NCBI RefSeq assembly: GCF_006345805.1
Contig: NC_043003.1
Span: forward strand, 89,900,001-89,964,000
Reading direction: 5' to 3'
DNA from: Octopus sinensis
Lineage: Eukaryota
DNA: 64,000 nt
Part shown: positions 24,501 to 39,200 of the stretch, one piece after another
How the letters are laid out: every line of letters starts with the position of its first letter
Numbering within the stretch: position 1 is the stretch's first letter
The notes under the pieces: generated by a model
What the model was told of the DNA's origin: nothing
The model's input: the letters and a program-made list of their open reading frames with translations, nothing else
Databases searched by the model: none
Translations under genes and position numbers: made by a program

Positions 24501-27500
24501 TACAACTTCCTTCTCTGTATCAAGAATTCAGTACAGTCTAACAGAGCAAGATATTTAGTACATAGTTTAATTCTTTACAATTTAAACCACTCTTGTCCAT
24601 CGCAAATAGCCTGCCTATATTATGTTCTAACCAATCAGATCTGTGCTCTTACACCTACCCTACAATGTCACTCTAAAAATAAACAATTACACCATTAAAA
24701 TTTCAAAGGTACAAGATTGTGCATGATTGATTCAAAATAATGTGAATAAATAAGTATTATATTTGAATGCTAAAGGATTGATATTTGTTTTTCTTTCTTG
24801 TCTGATAGAAAAAGATAAAGCCTTTTTTTTTCTTTTTCTTTTTTTTACATTCTGCAACTTCTTCAGCAGTGATTAGTTGGTACTGATGTGAAGCTGCTGG
24901 TTCTTGCTCACAGTGTATACTTAGCTCTTTTCTTCTGATAATAATAACAGCCTGTTTATAAATATGCAGATTTATAGGTTGAATAAGATTATAAACTGTG
25001 CACTGTTTCACATGTAAGCATCCATCTGTATAGAAATGATCTTGTTTGTGTTCAGGTTAGGAGGAGATCAGTGAATGGTAAGAATTAGCTGAACAAATTG
25101 GGTAAAGTGTTGGTTTAGTACAAAGCAAGGCAGATGGGGACAAAAAAGTATATGCGATGAACTAAATAACGGCAAATCTCAATGAACAAACAGTAACAAA
25201 GAATAAGATTACAAACTAAACTACATGAATATCTTATCAACCACGCTGGCATAATTTATTATCCTCCTGTAATACTTCAGATCATGAATTGGGCATTTCC
25301 TCAGTTGAATGAATTTTAATAAAAAAAACATAATTAGCTTAGTATTGTTTTCAATATTTTATTGTTGATATACTCTTACTCTTTTACTCTTTTACTTGTT
25401 TCAGTCATTTGACTGCGGCCATGCTGGAGCACCGCCTTTAATCGAGCAAATTGACCCCTGGACTTATTCTTTTGTAAGCCCAGTACTTATTTTATCGGTC
25501 TCTTTTGCCGAACCGCTAAGTGACGGGGACGTAAACACACCAGCATCGGTTGTCAAGCAATGCTAGGGGGACAAACACAGACACACATACACACACACAT
25601 ATATATATATATATATACATATATACGACAGGCTTCTTTCAGTTTCCGTCTACCAAATCCACTCACAAGGCTTTGGTCGGCCCGAGGCTATAGTAGAAGA
25701 CACTTACCCAAGGTGCCACGCAGTGGGACTGAACCCGGAACCATGTGGTTAGTAAACAAGCTACTTACCACACAGCCACTCCTGCGCCTATCTTGAAATC
25801 TTTGTTTATAAATAGCCTTCTCTGTTAATATGCTTGATTTGATTCTAACCGGTAACATGAAACATTATATGAAACATTGTTATGTATAATGTCATTCAGT
25901 ACACTGAGAAAAAAACCTGGTCTCTTTCTTGTACAAACTCCCAGGAAATATAAAGGGTGTCATTTAGAATAAGTAAGGAAAGGCTTAATGTTCATTGGCT
26001 CAGTTCATGAAGAGAATGTAAATAGTTTCCTTATAAAGGTGCAGCTTATTGTATGTATAAGAGTGTGGAAGTAGTAAGTGAATTTCATTTACAGTATTGA
26101 GAATTAGAGTTTCTAGTTTAGTCATTTTTTTGTTCCTGTGTTCACAGTCCTACTGGACTTGATAAAACAAGTGTAAGTACTCATAATAATGATAGGCACC
26201 AGCTCTCATGGCTTCTGATCTTAACTAATTGGAAGTGTTATCATGTACATATTTTGTCTTGGTATAAAAGATGGGCTACAGCAAATATTCTGCTCAATAC
26301 CACAGATTTGCTTGTCAGCTGTGTGACCATAACCAGTTGACCTTGGTGGCTGACAATATGTGCATTTCTGATCACAAGCAGAAGTAGTGGGGGAGCATCA
26401 TAGTCATGTGTTGAGAGAAATTCTTTGGAGTTTGAATAATTCATCTCTGGAAACAAGAGTGTATCGTTCAACATCCTTAAACAACCCTTATGCAAGGTCC
26501 TTTTGAGTGGTGTGGGTTACTTGACCTGAAGAAAATTTTAACTAGGCTCCACCTGCAAGGTCATGTGCTGTTTATCTTGATATGAGATCACCATGTTGCA
26601 CATATATGGTTGTGATGCATGTGCTTGGTGTACCCTTATCAGATGGGTTGTCATGATGGGTATACTGAGCTTCGTATATTTTTACCAGTGTTACTTTGAT
26701 GGCATGCACTGCTCACTCAATAATAAAAATAAACTTGTATGTAGTACTATTGGGAAAGGGTAAATACAAAGAGAGAAAGCAATAAATCAAGTAGAGAAAG
26801 ACAATAATAATATCCAAAAATGCATGCACAGTACTCAGAATAAAACACAAAATTATGACAGAAATCAGGTGTTTGGAAAATAAATTAACATGAAATTTTG
26901 ATGGAAGGTTTAAATTTAGATAACTTTAAAGCAGAATATTTGTATCAGACACAAGGGTGTGTAGTCTCAAGTGGATTGGTATCAAAAGAGTTAAGTTTGT
27001 CATCTAGTTTAGCAAAATACACATGAAATTTGTTTTTTTTTTTATCTTTTTATTTGTTTCAGTCATTAGACTGTGGCCATGCTGGGGTACTGATTTGAAG
27101 AATTTGTTTTTTAGTTGAATGAATCAACCCCAGTACTTTTATTTTAAGCCTTGTTCTTATTCTATCGATCTTTTTTGCCGAACTGCTAAGTAATAAAAAA
27201 TGTAAGCACAACAACAATGGTTGTAGTAATAGGGGATAAGCACACACACACATGCGCACACAAATATATATACTCTCCTGTCAAAGATGACATATGAGCG
27301 TTCAGCTTTTTGCCAAACAACCTGCACAAATGATTTGTTTATAATGATCAAATGTTCATGCCACATATTAGCCCACTCTCTCCATCAAGTCGACATTGCC
27401 TTAACAGCTTCTTACCATACAGCCATGCCTCCACCTATGCTGTTTTGATTCATCTGCAATTAGTCTACATGTATGCTTTTTATAGTATGGTATGAATCAA

Positions 27501-30500
27501 CTCTGTTTGGACCAGTTCATTTGTTCAATTGTTAAGATTTTGATAAACTAGTTAAAATGTAGACGAAAGAGTCATAGCTCTAGTTATTGTCATCCCTACA
27601 TGTGGACCACTTGGCGTTTGGGCAGGTGACTGCTACAGCTTCAGATTAACTTTGTGATATTGTGGAATTTGATAGAAGGAAAGTATATGGACACCTTTTG
27701 TCATTTGATATTAATATTTTCTGCAAATTGAATATCATGAAAGAAACTTTTTGCAACCTTAATGCCATTATGAAAGTATTTACTGAAATTAACATCAATT
27801 ATAATCAACGTGTTTAATCATGCTTAATGATTAATCAGTCTTTCATAATTTGCAAAAGCAACTCCTTTCTTTTATTTTCATGGCTGTTTTCCATATTTAC
27901 GTTGGTTAGACACATATGTTATTGAGACATTGTTTTACAGCCAGATGCTCTTCCTGTCACTGACCTTTACCTGTTTTTCAAGTTAGGGATTTTTAACTCC
28001 ACACAGTATTGAACTTACAGAGTGGATAATTTGTTAGCAGAACTGACAACTCCACCATCCGTACATTGCCACTTCCTTAGAAATAAACTAAACGTAAAAT
28101 ACATATGCACATGCATGCACACACACACACACACGTATCAGTGTATATGGACTCGTACGAAGTTTGTATGGACTCATACAAAGTTTGAATTGTTTTCAAA
28201 GGAATTTTTGTCCATTCTTCTGCTAAACAGTCTCCAGTTCTTGTAGTGATGATGGTGGAAGATATTGACTCCTTACTTGTTTTTCTAAAATGCACCATAA
28301 ATTTTCAATAATATTGAGATCTGGGGACTGTGGTGGCCAGATAAGACATTCAACTTTACTAGAATGTTCCTCGTGCCATTCAGTACCAACTTTAGCTGTG
28401 TGAATTGGTGCATTATCATCCTGAAAGATGGCGTTTCCCTCCGAAAGCAGTTCCGCAACTATAGGATGAATTTGATCAAATAAAATGCTTAAATAGTCTT
28501 CACTATTAATTCTGCCATGAAAGGAAACCATTGGGCTGGCAGATTTCGAAGATATAGCCCCCCCAGATCATCACAGATCCTCCTCCATGTTTAACAGCTG
28601 GAAGAAGGTAGTCTGGGTCAAATGCTTCTTTTGGCTGTCTCCACATGTATACTCGGCCGGTGGTCAGAAATAAGATAAAGGATGACTCGTCCCAGAAAAT
28701 AACATTCTTCCACTGCTCTAGGGACCAATTCTGTAGGTTTTCACTCCACTCTACTCTAATCGCTTTGCAATGTTTGTTTTTAAAAGTGGTGGTTTTCTGA
28801 TTGCAGCCCTCCTGGGAAATCCAGCTTTGTGCAGCTCCTGGCGAACAGTTTTTGTGGAAACTGGGTTCTCGAGGTGGTCATTAAGCTCTCCAGTAATTTT
28901 GGGAGCTGTGCTTTTGTGATTCTTTTCTAATAATTCGTGTAAGAGTCCAACGGTCCCTATCTGAAAGTTTTGGTTTTCTTCCGGAGTTTTGTTTCAACAA
29001 GGAGGTTTTTCCCTCTTTCTCAAAGGTTGTCATTACTTTTGAGACAGTACTTCTTGATACATCAAACATTTCAGCTGTTTTCGTTACACTAGCACCTGCC
29101 ATACAAGCACCAACAATTTGACCTCTTTGAAAGTTCGATAGATCTGTCATTTTAATGAATTTTAATTACCTTTTTCTGATGATATCTGAAAAGAAACAAC
29201 AATTTTAGTAAAACATATTAAGCAACACTAATAATAAATCTAATAATAAATCAAAAAAACATAAAAATAAACAAGCTTTTGACGATTTTATAGATATTTC
29301 AAAATTATGATACTATGATGCTTGGTGTTTCCATTATTTTGTCCAACCCCTGTATGTTTCAGTTTTCTTTCAGTTTCCATCTACAAATCCATCTACAAGG
29401 CTTTAGTCAGCCCAGAGCTTACCTAAGGTGCCATGTTGTGGAACAGCTTGAAATTGTAGTTAGGAAGTGAATTTCTCAATTACATAGCCATGGCTGCACC
29501 TATTAGCTATACCTGCACTTGTTAGTCATGCCTCTGCAAATATAATAAATGTTTCTCAAGTGCTAATATATATGCATATAAATCGTTTTTCCTAATATGA
29601 ATTGCAGTTGGGTTCTAAAGAATATAATGTATTTGTTAAGTACTCAATAACTTTTAATCTTTTAACAAATGTTAAAGTTGATTAGAAGTCTATCCACTTG
29701 GCTAATATATTTTACGTGTATTCCTAATGCTAAGCTAATTATTGATCTGCAGTTTTCTTTGTGGTACACAATTTATTCAATTCAATTAATAGCTCTATTT
29801 TTTCTCATTTTGTTGTTAGCAAAGTACATTTCATTGTTTTGTCACTATTTCATAGTAGTCTTAAAATGAAGGTGATACTATACTAGACTATCTCTGACCT
29901 GTTGGGTCACTGATGGTTCAGTGAAGCTGATTTCAACATTGCATTGAAATGAAGTTAATTTTATGATGATGCAGTTAAATATTTCAATTCATTTGTGTCA
30001 TCACAGGTCTGGTTTACAAGATCATATTTAAGATTTTATTGGTTACTTACAGCATCTAATAGAAATAGAACTTCCAGGATAAACTTGAACTCCAGTAACA
30101 GCATTTATTTATGGCATATGTACACACTTCCACAAAAATGCAAAAGTAATTGTTCAATAACATAAACATAAAATTAATGGAAACAATTTTCATAGCATTA
30201 TATATTCCCATTTCAGAGTTATGTTACTTTCAGAGTATTTTCCCACTGTGTGCCATTTTGACTATTTATGAAGGTACCAAAAAGAAAACCGCATATCTCA
30301 GGAATCCATGGTTCAGTCTTCACGAAACTTGTTTTATTCTGTTTGTATTCACATTTTCGGGGCATGTTACTTTCAGAGTATTTTCCCATTATGCACTGGT
30401 TTGGCTATATTAAATTACAGACAAGCACGCACACATGCGAGCAAGCAATCGCAGAGTTTTAGTAGTATATAGATAACCCAGTGAAGTGACTTGAACCGAT

Positions 30501-33154
30501 ATTGCTTTACTGCTAGGTGTTGTTTCTGTAATAAGGTTTATTTAGGGGTGCAGGTCTTGAATTCAGTATCTCGGTTGCTAACTGAAAAAAACTCAACTAA
30601 TTAAATGAAATAATGATTAATTTTAATTTCATACAGGACTAATTTTTGTATTAATCAGAGGTAATCAGCTCTGTCCTAGTGTTACATTTACTTCTTCCTG
30701 GCCATGCTGGGGCACTGCTAAATGTTATCCTTTTACTACCAGTTGCTTGTTATGTCCCCACTCTCTGATTTTATTCCAACTACACAATTTTAATTATCAT
30801 ACACTTGGAGTACACTAATCCCCGATTCTATCTTTAATTATTGTTCTTTGTCTCCATTCTCATAAGACTATTCTCATAATTATCTTCATCATTTAATATC
30901 CATGGTAAGGGTTGGATGGTTTGACAGGATTGGGCAGGTCCAAAGACTCTATCATACTCCATTGTCTGCTTTGTCCCATAGTTGGGATGTCCTTCCTAAT
31001 ACCAACCACTTTACAGAATGTACTGGGTGCTGTTTTTTATGCCACAAATGATGTTCCCATGCAACTTGCAAAACTATAGTCTCCAAGGGGGTAGCTTTAT
31101 ACTAGATGAGGGATGTGAGAGAAGGAGCCAGAGTAGAATAGGTTTCTTACAGTAGAGGGGCTTATGACTGCTCACATTTTTTAAGAAAGGGTGCAATGTG
31201 TTTGGGTTGGAGCTGGAAAGAGATAAAAAATAGTAGTGGTGATAAGGTGTCTGAGTGGACCCTCATAGTACAAGGTTAGTAGAAGCGAATGGATATAAAG
31301 GAACCAGGAGTGTGGGTGGGTAGAGGTTGCAGGAGTGTATGCTGGATAGTGAGAGATGGAGAATGGGTGAAAGAAATGGGACATGGGTGACAACTGTAAA
31401 GATTATGTAGGCTTGAGGGTAAATAAGGGGTGAAGTATGGCCAATGGTGCCTATGTTGGACAAGGTAAGAGCAAGTAGGATGACTGACAGTGCAGAAAAA
31501 GAGAGGGAGCAGCAAAGTAGTGATGATGATACAGTAAACAGGAGAGGAAAGAGAGAGAGAAAGAGAGATGAGATGTGGTTGGGTACATGTAGGAGTGTGG
31601 AAGAGAAGAGAGAGGTAAGTCTAGTATATGAGAAGAGTGAGAGGTGTACAGTGGTGGAGGAGGGGAAGTAATATGGTGGTTGGGACTGATCAATGAAAGT
31701 ATGGGTGGAGAGAACAGTATTTATGGATGAAGGGTGGCTAAGTGAAATGGTTCTTGGTAGTAAGAAAAATAAATGGTATCAAAGAAGAATTTAAACATGC
31801 TGGGTGAGGTGGATGTCTTGAGGAAATTGGGAGAATGGACCAGTTGTGCATATATATGCATACATACAGTGCTTATTTTTTATTGTTCTAATTCTTTACT
31901 TCCTAATAACTCTCACCATACTTACTTTAATAAGTCATCTTCTTGCTCATCTTTGATAATATTCTCCACTGTATCACTACATGCAACTCACCTTTAAAAT
32001 ATTCTATTATAAAATAACCATCCATCCATCCATCTTCTCTGCCCACTATTTGTAAGAAGGTTGATGGTGTAGAGACCTTAGGCACCTCCTCTATAGGGTC
32101 CTGTCAGAAGCAACCATCTTGTTCTTGGTCTACACCTAGGTCACCTGCTGGTCAGTAGAGCTTGAAGAATTCATCTTGCAATTCTTTCCTGTGACATTCT
32201 TATCACCTGTCCATAGTACTGGAGTCATGATCTCTCAATGTGGTGAAGTTGTGGCTTGACATGGAGAGACTCCCTGATCTCCAAGTTACACACCTTGTCA
32301 AGTAAACTTACTCCAGAGATCCTTTGGGAGAGCCCCATTTCAGCCACTTGTATTTGTGATCATACTCTTTCTGTCATTACCCAACATTTATGACCATAGG
32401 TGAGGATAGGCACAATAACTGAATTGAAGATAGCAAGTTTGGCTATTTAACCACTCTATCCTTCATTGTCTATTTTAAAAGATGCACTTCAGGAAGCAGA
32501 GTTGGCTAAGAAACGCCGTGACTGGGCTTTTGGGGAACGTAGCAAGATTGTTCAAGAACGTGAGAGTATAAAGAATTTATGTGATAGTCTCCGCCGTGAC
32601 CGTGATCGTGCTGTTAGTGATTTGGCACAGGCATTACGGGATTCAGATGAACTTAAAAAGCAGAAAAATGATGCCCACCGTCAACTGAAGGAACTCAAGT
32701 AAGATTTTCTTTGTTCATGTCTTGAAACAATTGTCCTTTTGCATTGTTTTTTATTCATAGGAAAAACGTTTGGCTTTCAAAATTGAACAGTATGTATGTG
32801 TGTGTGTGAGAGAGAGAGTATATATCTATATGCGCATAAAGTGTATGTATGCTTGTATGTATATGTGTGTGTAAATGCACACACACATATTGAAGCATAT
32901 ATATTTGTGTGTGTGAATGCGTATACATGTATGAGTGTATGTATGTGTGTATACATACCTAACTGAACTATTTGTATATGTGTGCATGAATGCATATATG
33001 TATACATGCACAATATTTTATGAGTTAGTTTGAGGTGAAGCAGTCTTCCTTTCTAAATTAAATGTTGTTGCTTTTGTGTCGATGTTTGAAGAAATACAGG
33101 TCTCCACATGCATACATAGATTTCCATTTTAATGTGTATGCCTGTGCATGCATA

Positions 33155-33217
<63 letters not shown>

Positions 33218-36200
33218 CGTGTGTGTGTGTGTGTATCTCTGCTTGGGCATGTATGTACGTGTATTTATGCTTTGATAAGTATTTATTTTTCTGTTTTTTT
33301 GTAGTGACACTGTTATTGTTGAAAATGATTTAGCAGAAATGAATATCTGTGCTAGACACAAATACAAACTTTATCAATAATATTAAAACAAGACAGACAT
33401 ATATGTATAGATTTGACATGACTTTTAAATTTGTAACATTAATACTTAGTAACATATTATTTAGCAATGTTTTGACTGAGTTATCAGATATTTTCCATGA
33501 CTTGTTTATCAGGTAAAGAGCTAATAATTTAAAATGACATGCATATGTGTGGGTGTGTACTTTTGATAGTGACAGTAGATATTTAAGTTGATTTGATTTT
33601 TATATTATTATCTCTAATGCAATTTAATTTTATTTCAGAGAGAAGCATGTTGCCTTCTTAGAGAAAGAGACACGAAAATATCAACTGAATTCCATTGGGC
33701 ACAACCATAGCCGTGACTCTGCTATTGATGCTGACATGTTAGAATGGGAAACAGAGACACTCGAGATAGACATCGTAAGTGAAATAGCTATATCTAAGAA
33801 TATATATTCTTTCTTTCTTTCAAAGCGTTGTAGATGAATTGTGGAAAGTAGTGATAAATAAAATAAGATAGTTCAAGCAAATCTTTAAAAGTGGTTTTTC
33901 ACTGAATTATACACATGGCTACAATACATAGAAAAATTCTATTTGTCTTGAACAGTCTTCCTATCTATATTTTCCCTAATGTCCATCAATAATTAAACTG
34001 AATATAACCACATCTACTTATCTCTATTACTTCAGTCTAGAAATACTTAACATGCCTGTAGCAAATGTCCCACCCTACACACATTAGGAATAGAAGTAAA
34101 TTCAATGATCTTCATCATCATTATTTTTAACATTGCACTTTTCTATGCTTCGGAAATTTGTCGTGGGAAATTTTCTAAAAATCCTTTACGTCACCAACCC
34201 TTTCCTGTTTCATATATTAGACACACACACACTATTTCAATTTAAGCTCTTGATTAAATAATCTATCCAACACATTTGAATTCATTATGTATTTTTATAT
34301 ATTAATTAAATGTTGAAGTTTGTATCCTTGTTGAAACAGCTGTAGAACAGAATTAAATTAGGAATTGTTTGTGAAATTTTTGCTTTTTTTTTTATTATTC
34401 TTGATATGTTGCCCTGAACAATTAGTCTTAGTCAATTTTTTGATATGTATGTGTGTGTGTATGTGGAGGCACATGGCTTAGTGGTTAGGGTGTTGTACTC
34501 ACGATTGTGAGGTTGTGGTTTTGATTCCCAGGCATTGCATTGTGTTCTTGAGCAAAACACTTCATTTTACATTGCTCTGCGATCATTTCATCATCTGACA
34601 TGTGGCACATGGTGCACCTGTACAGGTAATGTCCATTTGATGGAGGGAATGAGCTTTTATGAACACAAACATTTGATCACTAAAGCAAATCATTTGTGTG
34701 CTTGTTCAGCAACGGGAGAGTCCATGATATATATATATACATGAACTTTATTTCGCTTATGAATAATTTATCTTATTATACAGTGGAATTTAACAATATG
34801 CTAATAATTGAACTCTTAAATGCAGCGACTGTATTTCATGGTGCTTAAATACTGATTCAGTATATTATATATGTGCATTTAAAAGTGGAAGAATTCATGA
34901 GCGTTAATGGCCACCCTGTTGTGTCTGCTGTTCATCAGTTTTGTGGCATACTTGCACCAACTGTTAACTGTATCAGCAGTAACAAAAAATGGGAATGATT
35001 CCACACAAGCCATTCCCATCATCATTCATCATCATCATCATTTAACATCTGTTGTCCAAGCTGGCATGGAATGGATGGTTTGACCAGAGCTGGCAAGCTG
35101 GTGACATGCACCAGACCCCAGTCTGATTTGGTATGGTTTCTATAACTGGATGCCCTTCCTAATGCCTACCACTTTACAGAGTGTGCTAGATACTTTTACA
35201 TGGTACTGCCACGAGTGCTTCTTAGCACAAGAGGGACCAGTCTTAATACTTCTACTGTGGAGCACAGGTCTTCTTGAGTACAGCAAAGTGCTAGGTATCT
35301 TGGTCGTTTGTCATCTCACTTGAAAGGTTCAGCATCCTGAGATCATTCATCAGTACTTCATCCCATGTCTTTCTGGGTCTCCCACTTCTACGTGTTCCAT
35401 CTACAAGGGGGCCATAAAATCACACACACCATCCTGCAGTATGTGAAATTGCTAACATTCTCTTTTTTTTTATCTCTTTTCACAACTGCCGATATTACTC
35501 ATAAACTAATCGTCATTGGATGGAAGCAGATATTGAACATTTGTAATGGATTACCTAATTTCATTGTTAATAAAGCATACTTGATATCTCCCATGGTGTG
35601 TGACTTTGTGGCCACCCTATACTTTGAGAGATTAGCATTTCTTTTTGGAACTGTTGGCATTCATCCACATCACATAACCAAACCAGTGTAGCCTTTTCTC
35701 TTGCACCCAGCAACTAATTCCTCTTATGCCTAAATTCTTGCTCAAAACACTAGCACTCTGTTGAACATTTGCACTTACATTACACATGCAGTGGAGCATA
35801 CTAGCCTCATTCCTTTCTAACCTTCAAATGTCCTCTGCACTTAGGACCCACATCTCACTATCATGTAGAATTGCTATGTGTATACATGCATCATACAATC
35901 TTGCTTTCATTTGGAGAGAGAAACCTTTCATGGCCAACGGAGGTAACAGCTCTCTGAATTTCCTCTATCCTATTTTTATTTTAGCTATCACATTTTCCGT
36001 GCATCCTCCCCACTACTAATTTGGTCCCCTAGGTAGCAGAAATTATCTACTACCTCTAATGATCCATTAGGACATTTGAGAGAATCAATTTTCTGAGTCT
36101 AAAGTTTTTGTGGATCCTGTGCATCTTCCACATACGAAAACTATCTTCTCTGCTAAACCTTCCTATTAATCACTGCACCTTTTGTGTGTCCATAGCTTAC

Positions 36201-39200
36201 ACAGGATATTCCGTATGGAGTTCCTACCTTCACCTTTTCTACAAATTGAATAGGGCCATTTACCTAAGTGGCGTAGGGTCCTGTCAGTTTTCTTGTTTAC
36301 TAGGACCGTAGTCTTTGCTAAGTTAACCATAAGCTTCCAGGTTTTGCTTCCATACCTGGAATTTCTCTTCTATCTCTATGGAATCTGCTATGAGGGTAAG
36401 GTTACCAATATACAGTAGTTCTCAGTGGCTACCGGTCATGAATTCCTTTGTTATGACCTGGAGGATAATGATGAAAAGGAGGGGACTAAGGACTAAGTTT
36501 TGATGAATCCCTACTTGTACAGCAAATTCTTCACTGTACTCATGGTTAACTTTCACCTTACTGACATTCTTTGTACATGGCCTGTACAGCTTTCACCAGC
36601 CACTTATCTATACCTAGTTTCCTCAGAGCTCACCATATCACACTGCAGGGCACTCTATCGAAAGCTTTCTTGAGATCAACATTGCCAACTATAATGGTTT
36701 ATTCTTAGCTAAGTACTTCTCTTGCAGCTGCCTGACTATGAATATAGCATCAATAGTGCTTCTTCCTCAGACAAAGCCAAACTGCATTTCAATTAGCCTA
36801 ATTCTGTTCCTCATTAATTTGGCTATAACTCTCTCTGTAACTTTCATCACCGGGTCCAGGAGTTTGATGCCTCTATACTTGATTCTAACTAAAGCATCAC
36901 CATTATCCTTGTAGCAGCTAACAATTATGCTGTTATGCCAGTCATTGGGTATTGCACCTTCCTGAATGACCTGATTAACTATGTGGGTGATTAACCTGCA
37001 TACTACCTTACAAGATATTTTGAGCATCGCCCCTGTGATTCTGGATGGACCCGGGACTTTACCAGTTTTCATGTTTTTAATTGCCTTATCTACAATACTG
37101 CTGTCTGCTAGGATAGCTGGTTTCTCTCTTAGGTTCACATGAGGGAGACTCTCTTTATCCCATTCATTCTCTACATTCAACTTTTCCATTCCTCTTTCTT
37201 GCCTACACCATCTGCACACACTTCTCTCTGACAATATCTTGATTCTCACTGACACAGTCTAGCGATCTGGAATACTTCAAGAGATGGGAGAATACACAAT
37301 TGAGATATTGTGTAGCTATAAACACAAAAGACAGCATTATTGATTCAACCCTCTTGTAACCATATTTGATGCCTCTATACTTGATTCTAACTAAAGCATC
37401 ACCATTATCCTTGTAGCAGCTAACAATTATGCTGTTATGCCAGTCATTGGGTATTGCACCTTCCTGAATGACCTGATTAACTATGTGGGTGATTAACCTG
37501 CATACTACCTTACAAGATATTTTGAGCATCGCCCCTGTGATTCTGGATGGACCCGGGACTTTACCAGTTTTCATGTTTTTAATTGCCTTATCTACAATAC
37601 TGCTGTCTGCTAGGATAGCTGGTTTCTCTCTTAGGTTCACATGAGGGAGACTCTCTTTATCCCATTCATTCTCTACATTCAACTTTTCCATTCCTCTTTC
37701 TTGCCTACACCATCTGCACACACTTCTCTCTGACAATATCTTGATTCTCACTGACACAGTCTAGCGATCTGGAATACTTCAAGAGATGGGAGAATACACA
37801 ATTGAGATATTGTGTAGCTATAAACACAAAAGACAGCATTATTGATTCAACCCTCTTGTAACCATATTTCCATTGAACTGCATTGCCTTTGTTGCAGTTG
37901 TCTTTGGAAATAAAGTAGAATTTAGATAACTTTGAACACAAAGTATGAATTTTAAGTGAAAAAGATCATTTTAACCAATTACATGTATACATGCTAGTCA
38001 GTCCCACTCAGTATGGTATGTTAGATTTTAATGACCAGTTATTAATTGAGCTCTTAATTACTGTGAATTTTTTTATTATGTTTTTACATCAGTTCTCATT
38101 ATGGATAGCTTTGTTATTATTCAGCTGGTGGTTGGAGCATAAATTAACATGAAATTTCCCTGGAAGTTAATTTAGATTACTTTGGAAGAGGAAGTTTGTA
38201 TTGATGGGTGGTTTTTATGTGGATTAGTATCAAAAGGGTTAATAAAATCAGTCTGTAACCATTTTGTTACAATATTTCTGTTGAAATATTCTGATTCAGT
38301 CTCAATTAATTCTGGAAATAATGAGCAATTTAGTAAAATTATTTTGTCGTTATTAAACTAGTGTTTGAAGCATAAATTTTGATGGAAGGTTTCAATCTAG
38401 ATCACTTGAAAACAGAAGTTTGTCTCATAGAGTCAGGTATGGTCTTGAGCAGATTGGTATCAAAGGATTGAGCAATTTTAAGAAACATTAATTCATATGT
38501 TGACCTAACTTTTGAAAAAGTCAGTATGTAATTTTTTTGTTTTTAAACCAGTTTTTGTGATAAAACATTTTTAATAACTTTTTGTTTTTAAAGTCTTTAA
38601 TTTTTTTTCTCCTTTATTTGATTCAGAATGGTCAAGATACTAGCAACCTTGGTTTTGAGTTGGTTGGTGGCATTGATGATCCTCAGTTTCCTCATGATAC
38701 ATCAATATTTATTGGTCATGTCAACAAGGGAAGTCCAGTTGATGGAAAATTAAAGTTAGTTACTAATTTTTTTGTTGTTGTTTTTTTTGTTAAATATTAT
38801 TTCATATCAAGACTTATTTCATTGATTTTTTTCTTTATCTACACCTTTCAGAAATTTGTTTAAAAAAAACATTTATGACTACTAATTTATTGTGGATATA
38901 TTTCATAGCTGGACAAAAGAGGTGACAAAAGAACACAACAATTGGCAAGATGGTTTGTTGGAAGGGACAAGCATGAAAAAATGGACGCAAAAATGATGAT
39001 GGTTATTGTTTTCTTTAGAGAAATTGCATCATCTTGAGAAAAAAACTCTTCATATGTAGTGTATGATATTTAATTTTGGCTGATACATACATATATACGT
39101 GTGTGTGTCTTGTGAGTTCTTTGGTGGCCTTACTAGTCATGGTACCACGAAAGAAGCACCTAATACACTTTGCAAAGTGGTTGGTATTAGGAAGGACATC

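Larger units (their letters stand above)
35026..37900 (-). mobile_element. Degenerate RTE LINE (RT region to tail)
   Basis: [42 protein letters not shown]; (TCA)n at 35026. Confidence 0.9.

Noticed and set aside
38747-38754. GKLK in PDZ1 versus vertebrate GRLR, as possible restorative K-to-R editing
   Set aside because: Lys is common at these PDZ positions, and the DNA alone gives no evidence for editing.
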